Below are positions 46,601 to 54,729 of a DNA stretch of 64,000 nt, one piece after another. Position 1 is the stretch's first letter. Every line of letters begins with the position of its first letter. Source of the stretch: Eubacteriales bacterium (GTDB taxonomy: Bacteria; Bacillota; Clostridia; Oscillospirales; CAG-272); NCBI GenBank assembly GCA_045576795.1, contig JAZNHE010000113.1, forward strand, positions 6,030 to 70,029, given 5' to 3'. The notes beneath the pieces were generated by a model. It ran no database searches. It saw nothing but the letters and a program-made list of their open reading frames with translations, and was not told the origin of the DNA. Position numbers and translations under genes: made by a program.

Positions 46601-47265
46601 CCCATCGAGGTGTTCTCGACAGCCGTAAAGTGCGACGGGTTGAATTCATCAACGAGCAGGCCTAAAGACTCCACGCCCTCAAGCGAGTCGAGTGTCGAGG
46701 CATATATGCTTTGTATTATAGCAGGCAGGTCGCTCTGCTTTCTCGTCTGTGCGAGGCAGTCCGTGAGCGCATCTATCTCCTCGGGAGTTGCCACGTTCTC
46801 TGCCTTACCCTCAAATATCGCGTCTATGAGTCCGTCAAGAATATTCTCGCCGAGCAGCTTTGCCTCTGCCGCATCGGGAACGCGGAACATAGGGGTAACA
46901 CCTGCTCTCTCCGCATTGGCACGGAGAATTTCCGCACAGAAGGAGTCGATTGTGCATATCTTTGCCGCAGGCAACATACGCAGCTGTCGCTCAAGGCTCT
47001 CATCTCCAACCCTTGACTTTGCCGCCTTTTTAATCGCCTTGCCTATTCTCTCGCTCAATTCAGCTACCGCTGTGCGCGTATAGGTAACTATCAGCATTTC
47101 ATCTATGTTGATAGGCTTATCCTCGTCGAGTATAGACGTTATTATTCTTTCTGTAAGAGTAGCCGTCTTTCCCGAGCCTGCCGCCGCGGAAACGAGAAGC
47201 GTTCTATCTCTTGTATCTATTGCCGAGCCTTGACTCGACGTCCATTTTTTCTCTGTTTCAGCCAT
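43612..47265 (-). CDS. addA: ATP-dependent helicase/nuclease subunit A (AddA/RexA-type)
   Basis: 1217 aa. The N-terminus WTSSQGSAIDTRDRTLLVSAAAGSGKTATLTERII is a UvrD-like helicase motif I. The C-terminal PD-(D/E)XK nuclease signature is VLVQGVIDCLYEDNDGEWHLVDYKTD. Confidence 0.88.
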   Translation of the reverse strand: MAETEKKWTSSQGSAIDTRDRTLLVSAAAGSGKTATLTERIITSILDEDKPINIDEMLIVTYTRTAVAELSERIGKAIKKAAKSRVGDESLERQLRMLPAAKICTIDSFCAEILRANAERAGVTPMFRVPDAAEAKLLGENILDGLIDAIFEGKAENVATPEEIDALTDCLAQTRKQSDLPAIIQSIYASTLDSLEGVESLGLLVDEFNPSHFTAVENTSMGKYCLARLKELKEHYLSAIGRIRDEVVEFEGGKRVKIIEMLNDTLKILNSLGPCEKYSDTREVLIGVKFEDSPPVPKNIGLPPVTEVRSKLKNELIKLRDTLFFASEEDWRVAYEGLYRQFGVLYRIVKEFDRLFRAEKNRRGILEFTDIERYTYECLWHNGEKTDIAIAQSGLYKAIYIDEYQDVNSLQNKIFEAISTETNRFMVGDIKQSIYEFRSANPRIFANMKKTYTPLGNDGDFPYASIFMSDNFRCDEGVIDFINHIFDRVFGYLKNSIGYVNDDRLNFSKVYEHEKPEYRYPEICLVPPISKKDPRYNLVEDQKTLVPDVVARKIRELLDHGYLDNGEKIQHKHIAIIMRKVKSQAALYTSVLSQYGIPVAVKENSVFFINSDVLLVLSLLNSIDNPHKDIYLAGLMCSPLYGFTVGDLALIRKKAPAPTLLDSLKLYAEEENDGERVRKFLEKLEYYRLISEGMPTDKLLIKLYHETGMLALAANRKESKENLMLLYEHARRFESGSFKGLYNFISYINQLTGRTSEFDKREAPGECDAVRIITAHGAKGLEYPVVFFVGADSSFRKSGTSPGEESRFEYEEGFGMGMNLRTPSGLAVVKNSTKDIVKHYRYRKKIEEEARVLYVILTRARERLYVVSKSRTDVATYLSEMAAMREYMSEYDIYNVSSFLDMILSAKDFDVKMPSEFLLNPPYVYSKEAESGNINAECEESSDVQESSQDTDDVTVDERDAFELSKILKDRFDFVYSNAHLCRIPGKLSVSKLYPEILDGTDEGTVSVDTESDEEGDRRVYLPTFISGERKDESARRGIATHMLMQFCDFSALASSGARSEVKRLTDKGFLSEEDAGLVRLYEADRFASSRLIRDILKAKTVYREFRFNVKLPAEQFTADKTLKELYRGESVLVQGVIDCLYEDNDGEWHLVDYKTDRLTKEELADRELARKKMYDKHSAQLAYYADAVELMFGKYPKTIEVYSLPLADTLDVSVPK

Positions 47266-47267
47266 CG

Positions 47268-48179
47268 TTATTCTCCAAACTGTCTGATAGGCTTTATTGC
47301 TTTGCCGTCGGGAAATTCCCTGACCTCACCGAGAGCAAAGAAGCCTTCCGCATCAGCAAGACGCACAAGCTGACCGACCTCATACACTTTTCCTATCTTT
47401 GATAGGTAAATTTCAAGCCCCGAGTGTGCAAGTCTTGCAAAAAACTCGGGTAAAACTACACACGGGTGCTTCTTAAAGACGTCCTCGACGGGTCTGAGCG
47501 TGCCGAGTCTTTTCTCTTCATTCATTCCCTCAAGCTCACCGAGAGTATATGCATCACCAAGCGTATATCCCGATGCCTCAAGGCGTACAAGCGTCTTCAT
47601 AACACCGCCCGTACCGAGAGCTGCACCTATATCCGCGCATAAGGTTCTGATGTACGTTCCTTTCGAGCAGACAACGTCGAGATAGTATTCATTATCGTTT
47701 ATCCTCTCGGCAGTAAGGCTGTATACGGTTATCGGACGTGCCTCTCTTTCGATGACCTCGCCGCCCCTTGCAATATCGCACAGCTTTCTGCCTCCCACCT
47801 TTAATGCGGAATACATAGGAGGCGTCTGCATTATCTCACCTGTAAAGTCGGCACAGACTCGCATAACGTCGGACTCGCTAACGGTGAGAGCCGAGGTTGT
47901 CAGCACCTCTCCCGTAACGTCCTCGGTATCGGTCGTAATGCCGAGAAGGAGCGTTGCGCCGTAGTGCTTCACGGAGGTGAGCATAAATTCACTCGCCTTT
48001 ACCGCCCTGCCGACGAGCACGGGTAGAACACCCGTCGCCATAGGGTCAAGCGTGCCGGTATGTCCTGCCTTTGCAGCACCGAATATTCTTTTTACACGGC
48101 TCACTACCCCCTGCGAGGTTATGCCCTGCTCCTTGTTAACGATAACAAGGCCCGATATATTTTTTTCGGACGTCCTCAT
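47268..48179 (-). CDS. truB: tRNA pseudouridine(55) synthase
   Basis: GLVIVNKEQGITS and the catalytic HTGTLDPMATGVLPV. The ATG at 48179, with RBS ggagg, is preferred over the longer ORF-track start. The stop is 2 nt before the addA ATG. Confidence 0.92.
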   Translation of the reverse strand: MRTSEKNISGLVIVNKEQGITSQGVVSRVKRIFGAAKAGHTGTLDPMATGVLPVLVGRAVKASEFMLTSVKHYGATLLLGITTDTEDVTGEVLTTSALTVSESDVMRVCADFTGEIMQTPPMYSALKVGGRKLCDIARGGEVIEREARPITVYSLTAERINDNEYYLDVVCSKGTYIRTLCADIGAALGTGGVMKTLVRLEASGYTLGDAYTLGELEGMNEEKRLGTLRPVEDVFKKHPCVVLPEFFARLAHSGLEIYLSKIGKVYEVGQLVRLADAEGFFALGEVREFPDGKAIKPIRQFGE

Positions 48180-48379
48180 GACTACCTCCAAATAACTCAT
48201 TAAAAATATTTTACCATATAAAAGCGCAAAATTCAACAGCATTTTAGTCTTTAATTAAAAGCGAGGCGAGAAGGGACTCTAACATCTCCGAAAATAAAAC
48301 AAAAGCACCCGTTTTTATTCTCTGATACGAGGTTAAAATATCGCATCTTTGAACACAAATGCACAAAATAACCTACACG

Positions 48380-48476
48380 TGTCGAGTTTTTCGCATTTTA
48401 AGAGGAAAGGCGAGCGTATTTTTTCTTTTTTGACAAACGGTATTCGACAGCTTTTTTCTTACTTCTTTATTACAAT
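48380..48476 (+). promoter_or_regulatory. Candidate Spo0A-dependent spoIIE promoter region (two 0A-type boxes plus a -10)
   Basis: TGTCGAG at 48380-48386. A perfect 0A box TGTCGAA on the opposite strand at 48443-48449, centred about 25 nt upstream of TACAAT (48471-48476). There is no good -35 hexamer at 17-nt spacing. Confidence 0.5.
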
Positions 48477-48524
48477 ATAAGCATAAGACAAACGAGTAAA
48501 TCCAAGTCTTGAAAGGAGTATACA

Positions 48525-50960
48525 ATGGATCTTATCAATCAAGAGCAAGCCAAGAAAAAGAAAAAGCACAAAAAGGGTGTGCTTGAAAACGTAAAGCGCG
48601 GAGTGATGAATTCGCTCGAAATAACAAAAAAGAGAGAAGCCCCTCTGCTCGACGTTCTTACGTTTGTTATAGCGTTTCTGTTTGCGAGGTGTCACATAGT
48701 ATTCGGCGCGCATCCTCTGTCACTTGCCTTAATATCCGTCTTACCGAGTAGGGTATGGTTGGTAGTGCTCGGCTCTGCTGCGGGTGCTCTGACGCTCGGC
48801 AAATCGGGAATTATTTACTCAATGATTTCCGTTATAGTTGTTTTTCTCAGAATTATAGTATCGGGCTCGGAGAAGGATGAGGAGGGCGAGAGTACAAAGG
48901 TGCTCCGTCTTTTCTCGGAGAGTCTGTTGCTTAAAATGTCCGTAGCCATCATAGGCGGCTTTGTCGCGGCGGTGTATGAAATAATGCTCTCGGGCTTTTC
49001 AATGACTACTATGCTTTTCGGTGCGGCTATGGTGGTAATTCCGCCGATTGTTACCTTTGCATTATCGGGATTATTCGACACGGATATAACCCTATACGCC
49101 ATATTTGAGAAAAACAGCAACGTCTTCTCCACAAGGGGAAAGAGTGAGAAGGAAAAGTTCAATCTCGTATTTTTCCGTTGCTCTGCCCTGCTCCTCATCT
49201 TTCTTATTTCAATATCACTAAAGGAATATGAGCTACTTGGAATATCGGTCGCATACATATTCTCGGGCATCGCAACGCTTGTCGTTGCTCGCAGATTCGG
49301 TGCTCTGTGGGGATGTGTCACAGGATTTATTTCTTCTTTTGGAATATCAAGCACGTATTCCGTCGCCTTTGCCCTTCTCGGTATTTCCGCCGGCGGACTC
49401 TTCAATCTCGGACTCACGTGGGGAGTTGCCGGCGGTATAGCCTTTCTCGGAATGTGGTCTGTATATGCAGGCGGACTTGAGGGGCTGTTAAGCATCGTGC
49501 CCGAGGGCTCAATAGCCGCGCTGGTATCCTACCCTATACTGAAAAAGATAACCTTTGAGAAAACGAGCGCGGAGGTTGACGAGAATGAGAAGTCCGCAAC
49601 CGATATGGTTGCCACGGTAGCCTTATCATACAGAAACAGATATAAAGGAAATCTCGGTGCGCTGGAGCAATCGCTCTCGGCAATATCAGGCTCAATAAAG
49701 CAATACAATGAAAACTCAACACGCCCGACCCGTGAGGAGCTGAGCGACCTCATCCTTGAGTGCGCAGACAAATACTGCAGGACCTGCGACGGCTTCAGCG
49801 CGTGTATAACGAGGAAGAATTATCCGTTCCCGAGCAGCACCTCGGTGCTTGCCGACACTCTGTATACCAAGGGGCATCTCAACATAGAGGACCTCGCGAT
49901 TTTCCCTGAATACTGCGGTATGAAGGGCAGTGTCGCGGAGGCTATAAATCGAGGAGTGGCAATACTTGCGGAAGAAAAATTCCGAGAGGCAAAGAAGGAT
50001 ACCTCATCCGACGATTTTGCAATAATATCCAAGCTGATAAACGAGGCGAGAATATCCGACGACAAGGAAAAGGCAATGAACGAGGCACTCTCCGAAAGAC
50101 TTGCCGAGGCAATGAAGCTCGCCTGTCTTGACGACGGAGTTATCCGCGCGTTCGGAGAGAGGCGCCCGTACTTTATCCTCGCGGCAGAGGACGAGAGCGG
50201 AAGCAAGATAGCCTCCCCGACACTCAGACACGCCATAGAGGAGATAGCGGGAGTGAAGCTCGGCACACCCGAGTTTTACCGACGCGGAAAAATGGCGCTT
50301 ATGGAGTGCGGAAGCGAGAAATCCTACACGGCAGAGTGTGCAATATCCTCCGTGGCAGGCACCCGTGACGAAATATCGGGCGATTCCGCCACCGCCTTTG
50401 AGAGCAATGATGGGTATTTTTATTCCTTGATTTCAGACGGAATGGGCAGCGGCGACGAGGCAAAGGAGACCTCATCCTTTGTCACCGACTTTATGACGCG
50501 CGCCCTCGAGTTCAGCGGTGAGGGACAGACAGTGCTGAAAATTCTAAATCATACAGTGCGCCACAGACACAGAGAATGCTCCGCAACGGTAGACCTCTTC
50601 TCCGTTGACCTCTATCGCGGAGATGCGGAATTCTTGAAGAGCGGAGCCGCTCCCTCTTACGTCAAGAGAGGCTCGTCAATCTTCCGTATAAAGTCAAAGA
50701 CCGCTCCTCTCGGACTTATGAAGAGCGTTGATGCGGAGCGCATACGTGTAGAATTAAACGGTGATGACTACATTATTATGCTCTCGGACGGAATAGCACA
50801 GAGCGCGGAGGATACACCGTGGCTGCTCGAGCTGTTATCAAAGCCTCCGAAAAAGAGCTTAAAGGAATACGCCGACCATATACTGTCAACCGCACTCAAA
50901 AATCTTCCTCGCGACGACGATATGACGGTACTCGTCACCCGTGTGGTAAAAAAACAGTAA
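48525..50960 (+). CDS. spoIIE: Stage II sporulation protein E (membrane PP2C phosphatase)
   Basis: 811 aa with about 10 N-terminal TM helices, a central regulatory region and a C-terminal PP2C domain (SGDS...FYSLISDGMGSGDEA ... IMLSDGI ... DDMTVLV). Confidence 0.9.
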   Translation: MDLINQEQAKKKKKHKKGVLENVKRGVMNSLEITKKREAPLLDVLTFVIAFLFARCHIVFGAHPLSLALISVLPSRVWLVVLGSAAGALTLGKSGIIYSMISVIVVFLRIIVSGSEKDEEGESTKVLRLFSESLLLKMSVAIIGGFVAAVYEIMLSGFSMTTMLFGAAMVVIPPIVTFALSGLFDTDITLYAIFEKNSNVFSTRGKSEKEKFNLVFFRCSALLLIFLISISLKEYELLGISVAYIFSGIATLVVARRFGALWGCVTGFISSFGISSTYSVAFALLGISAGGLFNLGLTWGVAGGIAFLGMWSVYAGGLEGLLSIVPEGSIAALVSYPILKKITFEKTSAEVDENEKSATDMVATVALSYRNRYKGNLGALEQSLSAISGSIKQYNENSTRPTREELSDLILECADKYCRTCDGFSACITRKNYPFPSSTSVLADTLYTKGHLNIEDLAIFPEYCGMKGSVAEAINRGVAILAEEKFREAKKDTSSDDFAIISKLINEARISDDKEKAMNEALSERLAEAMKLACLDDGVIRAFGERRPYFILAAEDESGSKIASPTLRHAIEEIAGVKLGTPEFYRRGKMALMECGSEKSYTAECAISSVAGTRDEISGDSATAFESNDGYFYSLISDGMGSGDEAKETSSFVTDFMTRALEFSGEGQTVLKILNHTVRHRHRECSATVDLFSVDLYRGDAEFLKSGAAPSYVKRGSSIFRIKSKTAPLGLMKSVDAERIRVELNGDDYIIMLSDGIAQSAEDTPWLLELLSKPPKKSLKEYADHILSTALKNLPRDDDMTVLVTRVVKKQ

Positions 50961-50984
50961 CACCGTCAATAATACCGTTCCTTC

Positions 50985-51021
50985 ATGCACCTTGAGAGTA
51001 GTTTCTCGAGGTGCATTTTTT
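50985..51021 (+). terminator. Rho-independent terminator of spoIIE
   Basis: A 12-bp stem atgcaccttgag / ctcgaggtgcat (one G-U) with an 8-nt loop and a T-run at 51016-51021. Confidence 0.85.
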
Positions 51022-51023
51022 AT

Positions 51024-51105
51024 CTCCTCAATGTGTATTTTAACTCCTCAATGTGTATTTTAGCTCCTCAACGTGTATTTTTCAATTTCTCAACGTACAT
51101 TATTT
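51024..51105. repeat. Direct tandem repeat, 20-22 bp x4
   Basis: ctcctcaatgtgtattttaa at 51024, ctcctcaatgtgtattttag at 51044, ctcctcaacgtgtatttttc at 51064, and the degenerate tttctcaacgtacattattt from about 51086. Confidence 0.85.
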
Positions 51106-51254
51106 AATTGCCAAAGGCTTGTGATTTTAATTGTATGAGCGGACAATCCCCTCCAAACGAAAAACCGTCAGCAATAACGCTTACCGCAATTCTTAAAATC
51201 ACAGGGCCATTATAAGCATAGCTTGAGCCTCCGCCAAGCAGAAGTCCGTTATAA

Positions 51255-51306
51255 ACAAAAAAGAGCAGGAGTGAAAGAAAAAATCTTCTTACTCTTGCTC
51301 TTTTTT
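51255..51306 (-). terminator. Terminator downstream of the HtrA-like protease gene (potentially bidirectional)
   Basis: An 11-bp stem agagcaggagt / actcttgctct (one G-U) with an 18-nt loop, an A-run on the plus side and a T-run on the other side. Confidence 0.7.
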
Positions 51307-51332
51307 CAACACGGCTATGCCGTTATACTTTA

Positions 51333-52598
51333 TTATTTAACTGCGGTAAGCGCGCTTTCCGTAATAGTTATTTCTACAGTCTTGGTTGCGCCGCCTCTGG
51401 TTACGTTCACCTTAACGACGGAGCCCACTCTCGCATTGAGCATAGCATCTGTAACGACGTACATTCTCGTTACGTTATATTCAACGCCGTCAATAACTAT
51501 GGAATTTATCACGTCGCCAACCTCAAGCTTACCCTTGGCAATAGAGTTATTCTCTATTGAGGATATGCTCACAGTTTCACGTCTGTGGACTCTGCCTGTT
51601 TCCTCATCGTACTCGGTATAGAGCTCCTTGGCTCCTACCGTAATACCGAGATAGCATCTGAAGACGCTCTCGCGGTCGGTACCGTCACAGTAATAAATGA
51701 TGTTATCCGTTACGTACTTAACAAAGTTTGAGGGGAGGGCGTAGCCCATATTCTCGCTCTCTGTAAGTTTGGCATTAACTATACCGATAAGGTTGCCGAC
51801 TCCGTTAAAGAGTCCGCCGCCCGAGTTACCGCCGTTTACAGCGGTGTCTATTCTCATAACTCTTATCTGGATGGTGGTTGAGCCGTCTGCACCCTCAAGT
51901 GTGATGTATTCACTGTCAACGTTTACGTAACCGAGAGTTGCTGATATTCCAAGATCCTCGGGATTTCCCACAGCTATAGCCTGGTCGAGCACGGCAACCT
52001 CGTTGGAGTCAGCAAATTCAGCCGCCATAGCATTGCTCTCCGCAAGCACACGGCTACCCTCTACCTTAAGCACGGCAAGGTCGTAATTCATAGATCCGCC
52101 GATATACTTTGCAGGAATAGCGTACTCCGAGCTCTCCTGTCCGTAGAGATAAACGGTTATGTCATCGCTGATACCGTTCTCGGTGTTGGCACCGCTGTAA
52201 TAAACTACGTGATAGTTTGTGATAATATAGGCATCGCCTCTGTTCTTATCAAGCCTGTATATAACTCCGGAGCCTGCCGCCGCCTTTTCCTTTGAAGATG
52301 AGCCGGGATAGAGGCCTGACGAATAGGTCTTGAATACACAGTTGACGCTCACTACCGATAGCAGAGCCTTTCCTGCCGCGGCATTCTGCTGATTGTCGGT
52401 ATTTATGGTGACGTTGTAATTATCTCCGCCCTCGACGGTTATATCACCGTACATACCGTTCTTAATCATTTGCTCAACTTCACTCTTGGATACGTAATCC
52501 TCTTCGTCAAGACGCAGAATACAGGACGACATAACAAAGCACGAGAAAAGCAATACAACTGACAAAATTAGTGCTGATATTTTAGTTCTGTTTTTCAT
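51333..52598 (-). CDS. Membrane-anchored trypsin-like serine protease with PDZ domain (HtrA/DegP family)
   Basis: 421 aa with an N-terminal TM helix. The catalytic triad context is IITNYHVV, D..AVLKV and GNSGGGLF. A C-terminal PDZ-like segment reads LEVGDVINSI. Confidence 0.85.
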   Translation of the reverse strand: MKNRTKISALILSVVLLFSCFVMSSCILRLDEEDYVSKSEVEQMIKNGMYGDITVEGGDNYNVTINTDNQQNAAAGKALLSVVSVNCVFKTYSSGLYPGSSSKEKAAAGSGVIYRLDKNRGDAYIITNYHVVYYSGANTENGISDDITVYLYGQESSEYAIPAKYIGGSMNYDLAVLKVEGSRVLAESNAMAAEFADSNEVAVLDQAIAVGNPEDLGISATLGYVNVDSEYITLEGADGSTTIQIRVMRIDTAVNGGNSGGGLFNGVGNLIGIVNAKLTESENMGYALPSNFVKYVTDNIIYYCDGTDRESVFRCYLGITVGAKELYTEYDEETGRVHRRETVSISSIENNSIAKGKLEVGDVINSIVIDGVEYNVTRMYVVTDAMLNARVGSVVKVNVTRGGATKTVEITITESALTAVK

Positions 52599-52741
52599 GT
52601 TTTCTCCATCTGCCCACAGGGCGCGATTTTAGTATACTCCAATACAGCCATCGGCATCGGTAGTCCGCGCCTTTAAGTATCGGTTAATATAATTATAGTA
52701 CAACTTTGTTGCAAAAATATGTATAAATGACAAAATTTGCA

Positions 52742-53875
52742 TTAACGTTTAGCATTTATATCGTTTTTGAAGAACTGATACAGATAACACGGTATCATTC
52801 CGTTATAGAGCTTCTTGACCTTATCGGCCTTTTTACCATACAGTCTTTCAAAGCCCTCGTGTGAGGTTATAACGTACACCTGCCAGGGCGCGAGAGAGCG
52901 GAAGTGATGACCTATATCGCGATAGAGTCTTTCAACCTCTGACATAGTTCCTATTCTCTCACCGTATGGGGGGTTAGTGACTATCGTACCGCGTCTGCCG
53001 GATGCGGAAATACGTCTTGCATCCTGTCTGAATACCTTAATGGAATTCAACACGCCTGCCCTGTAAGCGTTATCCTTGGTTAGCTGTATGCACTCCTCGT
53101 CAATATCGGAGGCAAATACCTCAAAGTTGGATGGCACAATACCCTCAAGCGCCTCTTCCTTGGCATCCCTCCACCTTTGCTCGGGAATAAACGGAAATCT
53201 CTCCGCGGCAAATCTGCGGCGCATACCCGGTGCTATGTTTCTCATCATCATAGCCGCCTCGATTGCTATTGTACCGCTTCCGCACATAGGGTCCCACATC
53301 AATACGTCCTCGCGCGGACGTGAGGTCGCGGCTATGGCGGCGGCGAGAGTCTCGCGTATCGGCGCGGCATTTGCCTCACGCCTGTATCCCCTCTTGTGTA
53401 AGGGCTCGCCCGAGGTGTCTATCATAAGGGTTGCCTCGTCGTTGAGGATAAAGAATTCTATCTGATATTTTACACCCTCCTCGGGAAAGACGGAAATACC
53501 GTACACCTCCGTCATACTCCTGACAACCGCCTTCTTTATGATTGCCTGGCAGTCGGGAATGGAGAAGAGCTGAGATTTAATAGAGTGTCCCTTTACGGGA
53601 AAGGCATCGTTTCTGCCTATAAAATGCGGCCAGGGTAATGCGCGTGTACCCTCAAACAACTCCTCAAACGAGGTCGCGCGGAATGAACCGATCTTGATAA
53701 ACACACGCTCGGCATATCTTAAGAAGACGTTGCAGAGAGCCACCGCCTCCTCGTCGCCTATAAACATCACTCTGCCGTTTATCGTAGATACACGCTCATA
53801 GCCGAGCTTATCTATCTCCTCACCGAGCAGATGCTCAAGACCGAATAAGCACGTTGCTACTAATTGAAATTTCAT
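52742..53875 (-). CDS. THUMP-domain class I SAM-dependent RNA methyltransferase (RlmL/YpsC-like)
   Basis: 377 aa with an N-terminal THUMP-like fold (FQLVATCLFGLE), SAM motif I DPMCGSGTIAIEA and the catalytic NPPYG. Confidence 0.85.
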   Translation of the reverse strand: MKFQLVATCLFGLEHLLGEEIDKLGYERVSTINGRVMFIGDEEAVALCNVFLRYAERVFIKIGSFRATSFEELFEGTRALPWPHFIGRNDAFPVKGHSIKSQLFSIPDCQAIIKKAVVRSMTEVYGISVFPEEGVKYQIEFFILNDEATLMIDTSGEPLHKRGYRREANAAPIRETLAAAIAATSRPREDVLMWDPMCGSGTIAIEAAMMMRNIAPGMRRRFAAERFPFIPEQRWRDAKEEALEGIVPSNFEVFASDIDEECIQLTKDNAYRAGVLNSIKVFRQDARRISASGRRGTIVTNPPYGERIGTMSEVERLYRDIGHHFRSLAPWQVYVITSHEGFERLYGKKADKVKKLYNGMIPCYLYQFFKNDINAKR

Positions 53876-54714
53876 TTTTTGATTCTGCCCTGTGGTATAT
53901 AATTTTCGAAAATAACCGTATCAAATCCGTGTGCAATCGCCTCGTTTTCCTCCTCCTCGGAGCGCACTGTCCACGCCATAAGAGGTGTGCCGAATCTCTT
54001 TCTTATAAATCTGAGATTTTTCTCGGCATAGCCCGTCTTGGAATAGGCGATAAAGTCGGGGCGGTACATAAAATTAAAGTGGAGCTTGCGTAGGAGCGTG
54101 TAGAGTATCTTACCCTTGAACTTATCCTCGTTATACTCGCACGAGAGTATTCCGCGGAGTATGTCGGGGCGCTCACGCTTCACGCACTTGAGTGCGCGAG
54201 GGTTAAACGACTCTACTATAAATTCACCGCGGTATCCGTCGATGACCTCAAGCAGCTTTTCTGCCACTCCGCCCTCCGACAAGTCGTTCTTTATCTCTAT
54301 AAGCAGCGGTACAGCTCCGTCGATAAGCTCGAGCACCTGCTTCATCGTAGGCACACCGGCATCCGTTCCGAGTATACGCATATTTGCAAGCTCCGAGGCG
54401 GTAAAATCAATGACCTTACCCTCAACACCTGCCATACGTGATAAATTATCGTCGTGGAACACCACCAGCTCACCGTCACGGCTGAGGCGCACGTCAAGCT
54501 CTATACCAAAGCCCATTTCCTTTGCCGCGGCAAAGGCAGGGAGAGTATTCTCTGCCCTCTCGGCATTGTGCAGGCCTCTGTGCGCATATTTAACCTTTTT
54601 GAACTTTTCCATTTCCTTTCTGTTTTTACCGGGAGCGATGGTAAACAACCAAATCAGCCACCCGATAATCAAAGCGGAAAGGACAGCTATCAATACTATA
54701 AGAATAGGAGGCAT
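53872..54714 (-). CDS. Membrane-anchored glycerophosphodiester phosphodiesterase
   Basis: 280 aa with an N-terminal TM helix. GDPD motifs: YAHRGLH, IELDVRLSRDGELVVFHD. It overlaps the methyltransferase gene by 4 nt. Confidence 0.85.
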   Translation of the reverse strand: MPPILIVLIAVLSALIIGWLIWLFTIAPGKNRKEMEKFKKVKYAHRGLHNAERAENTLPAFAAAKEMGFGIELDVRLSRDGELVVFHDDNLSRMAGVEGKVIDFTASELANMRILGTDAGVPTMKQVLELIDGAVPLLIEIKNDLSEGGVAEKLLEVIDGYRGEFIVESFNPRALKCVKRERPDILRGILSCEYNEDKFKGKILYTLLRKLHFNFMYRPDFIAYSKTGYAEKNLRFIRKRFGTPLMAWTVRSEEEENEAIAHGFDTVIFENYIPQGRIKK

Positions 54715-54729
54715 ATTTTCCTTCTCCTT

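Noticed and set aside
50975-51030. A 16-codon minus-strand mini-ORF (MHLEKLLSRCMKERYY) preceded by GAGGAG from the first 20-bp repeat unit.
   Set aside because: It is formed almost entirely by the spoIIE terminator hairpin sequence, so it is most likely coincidental.
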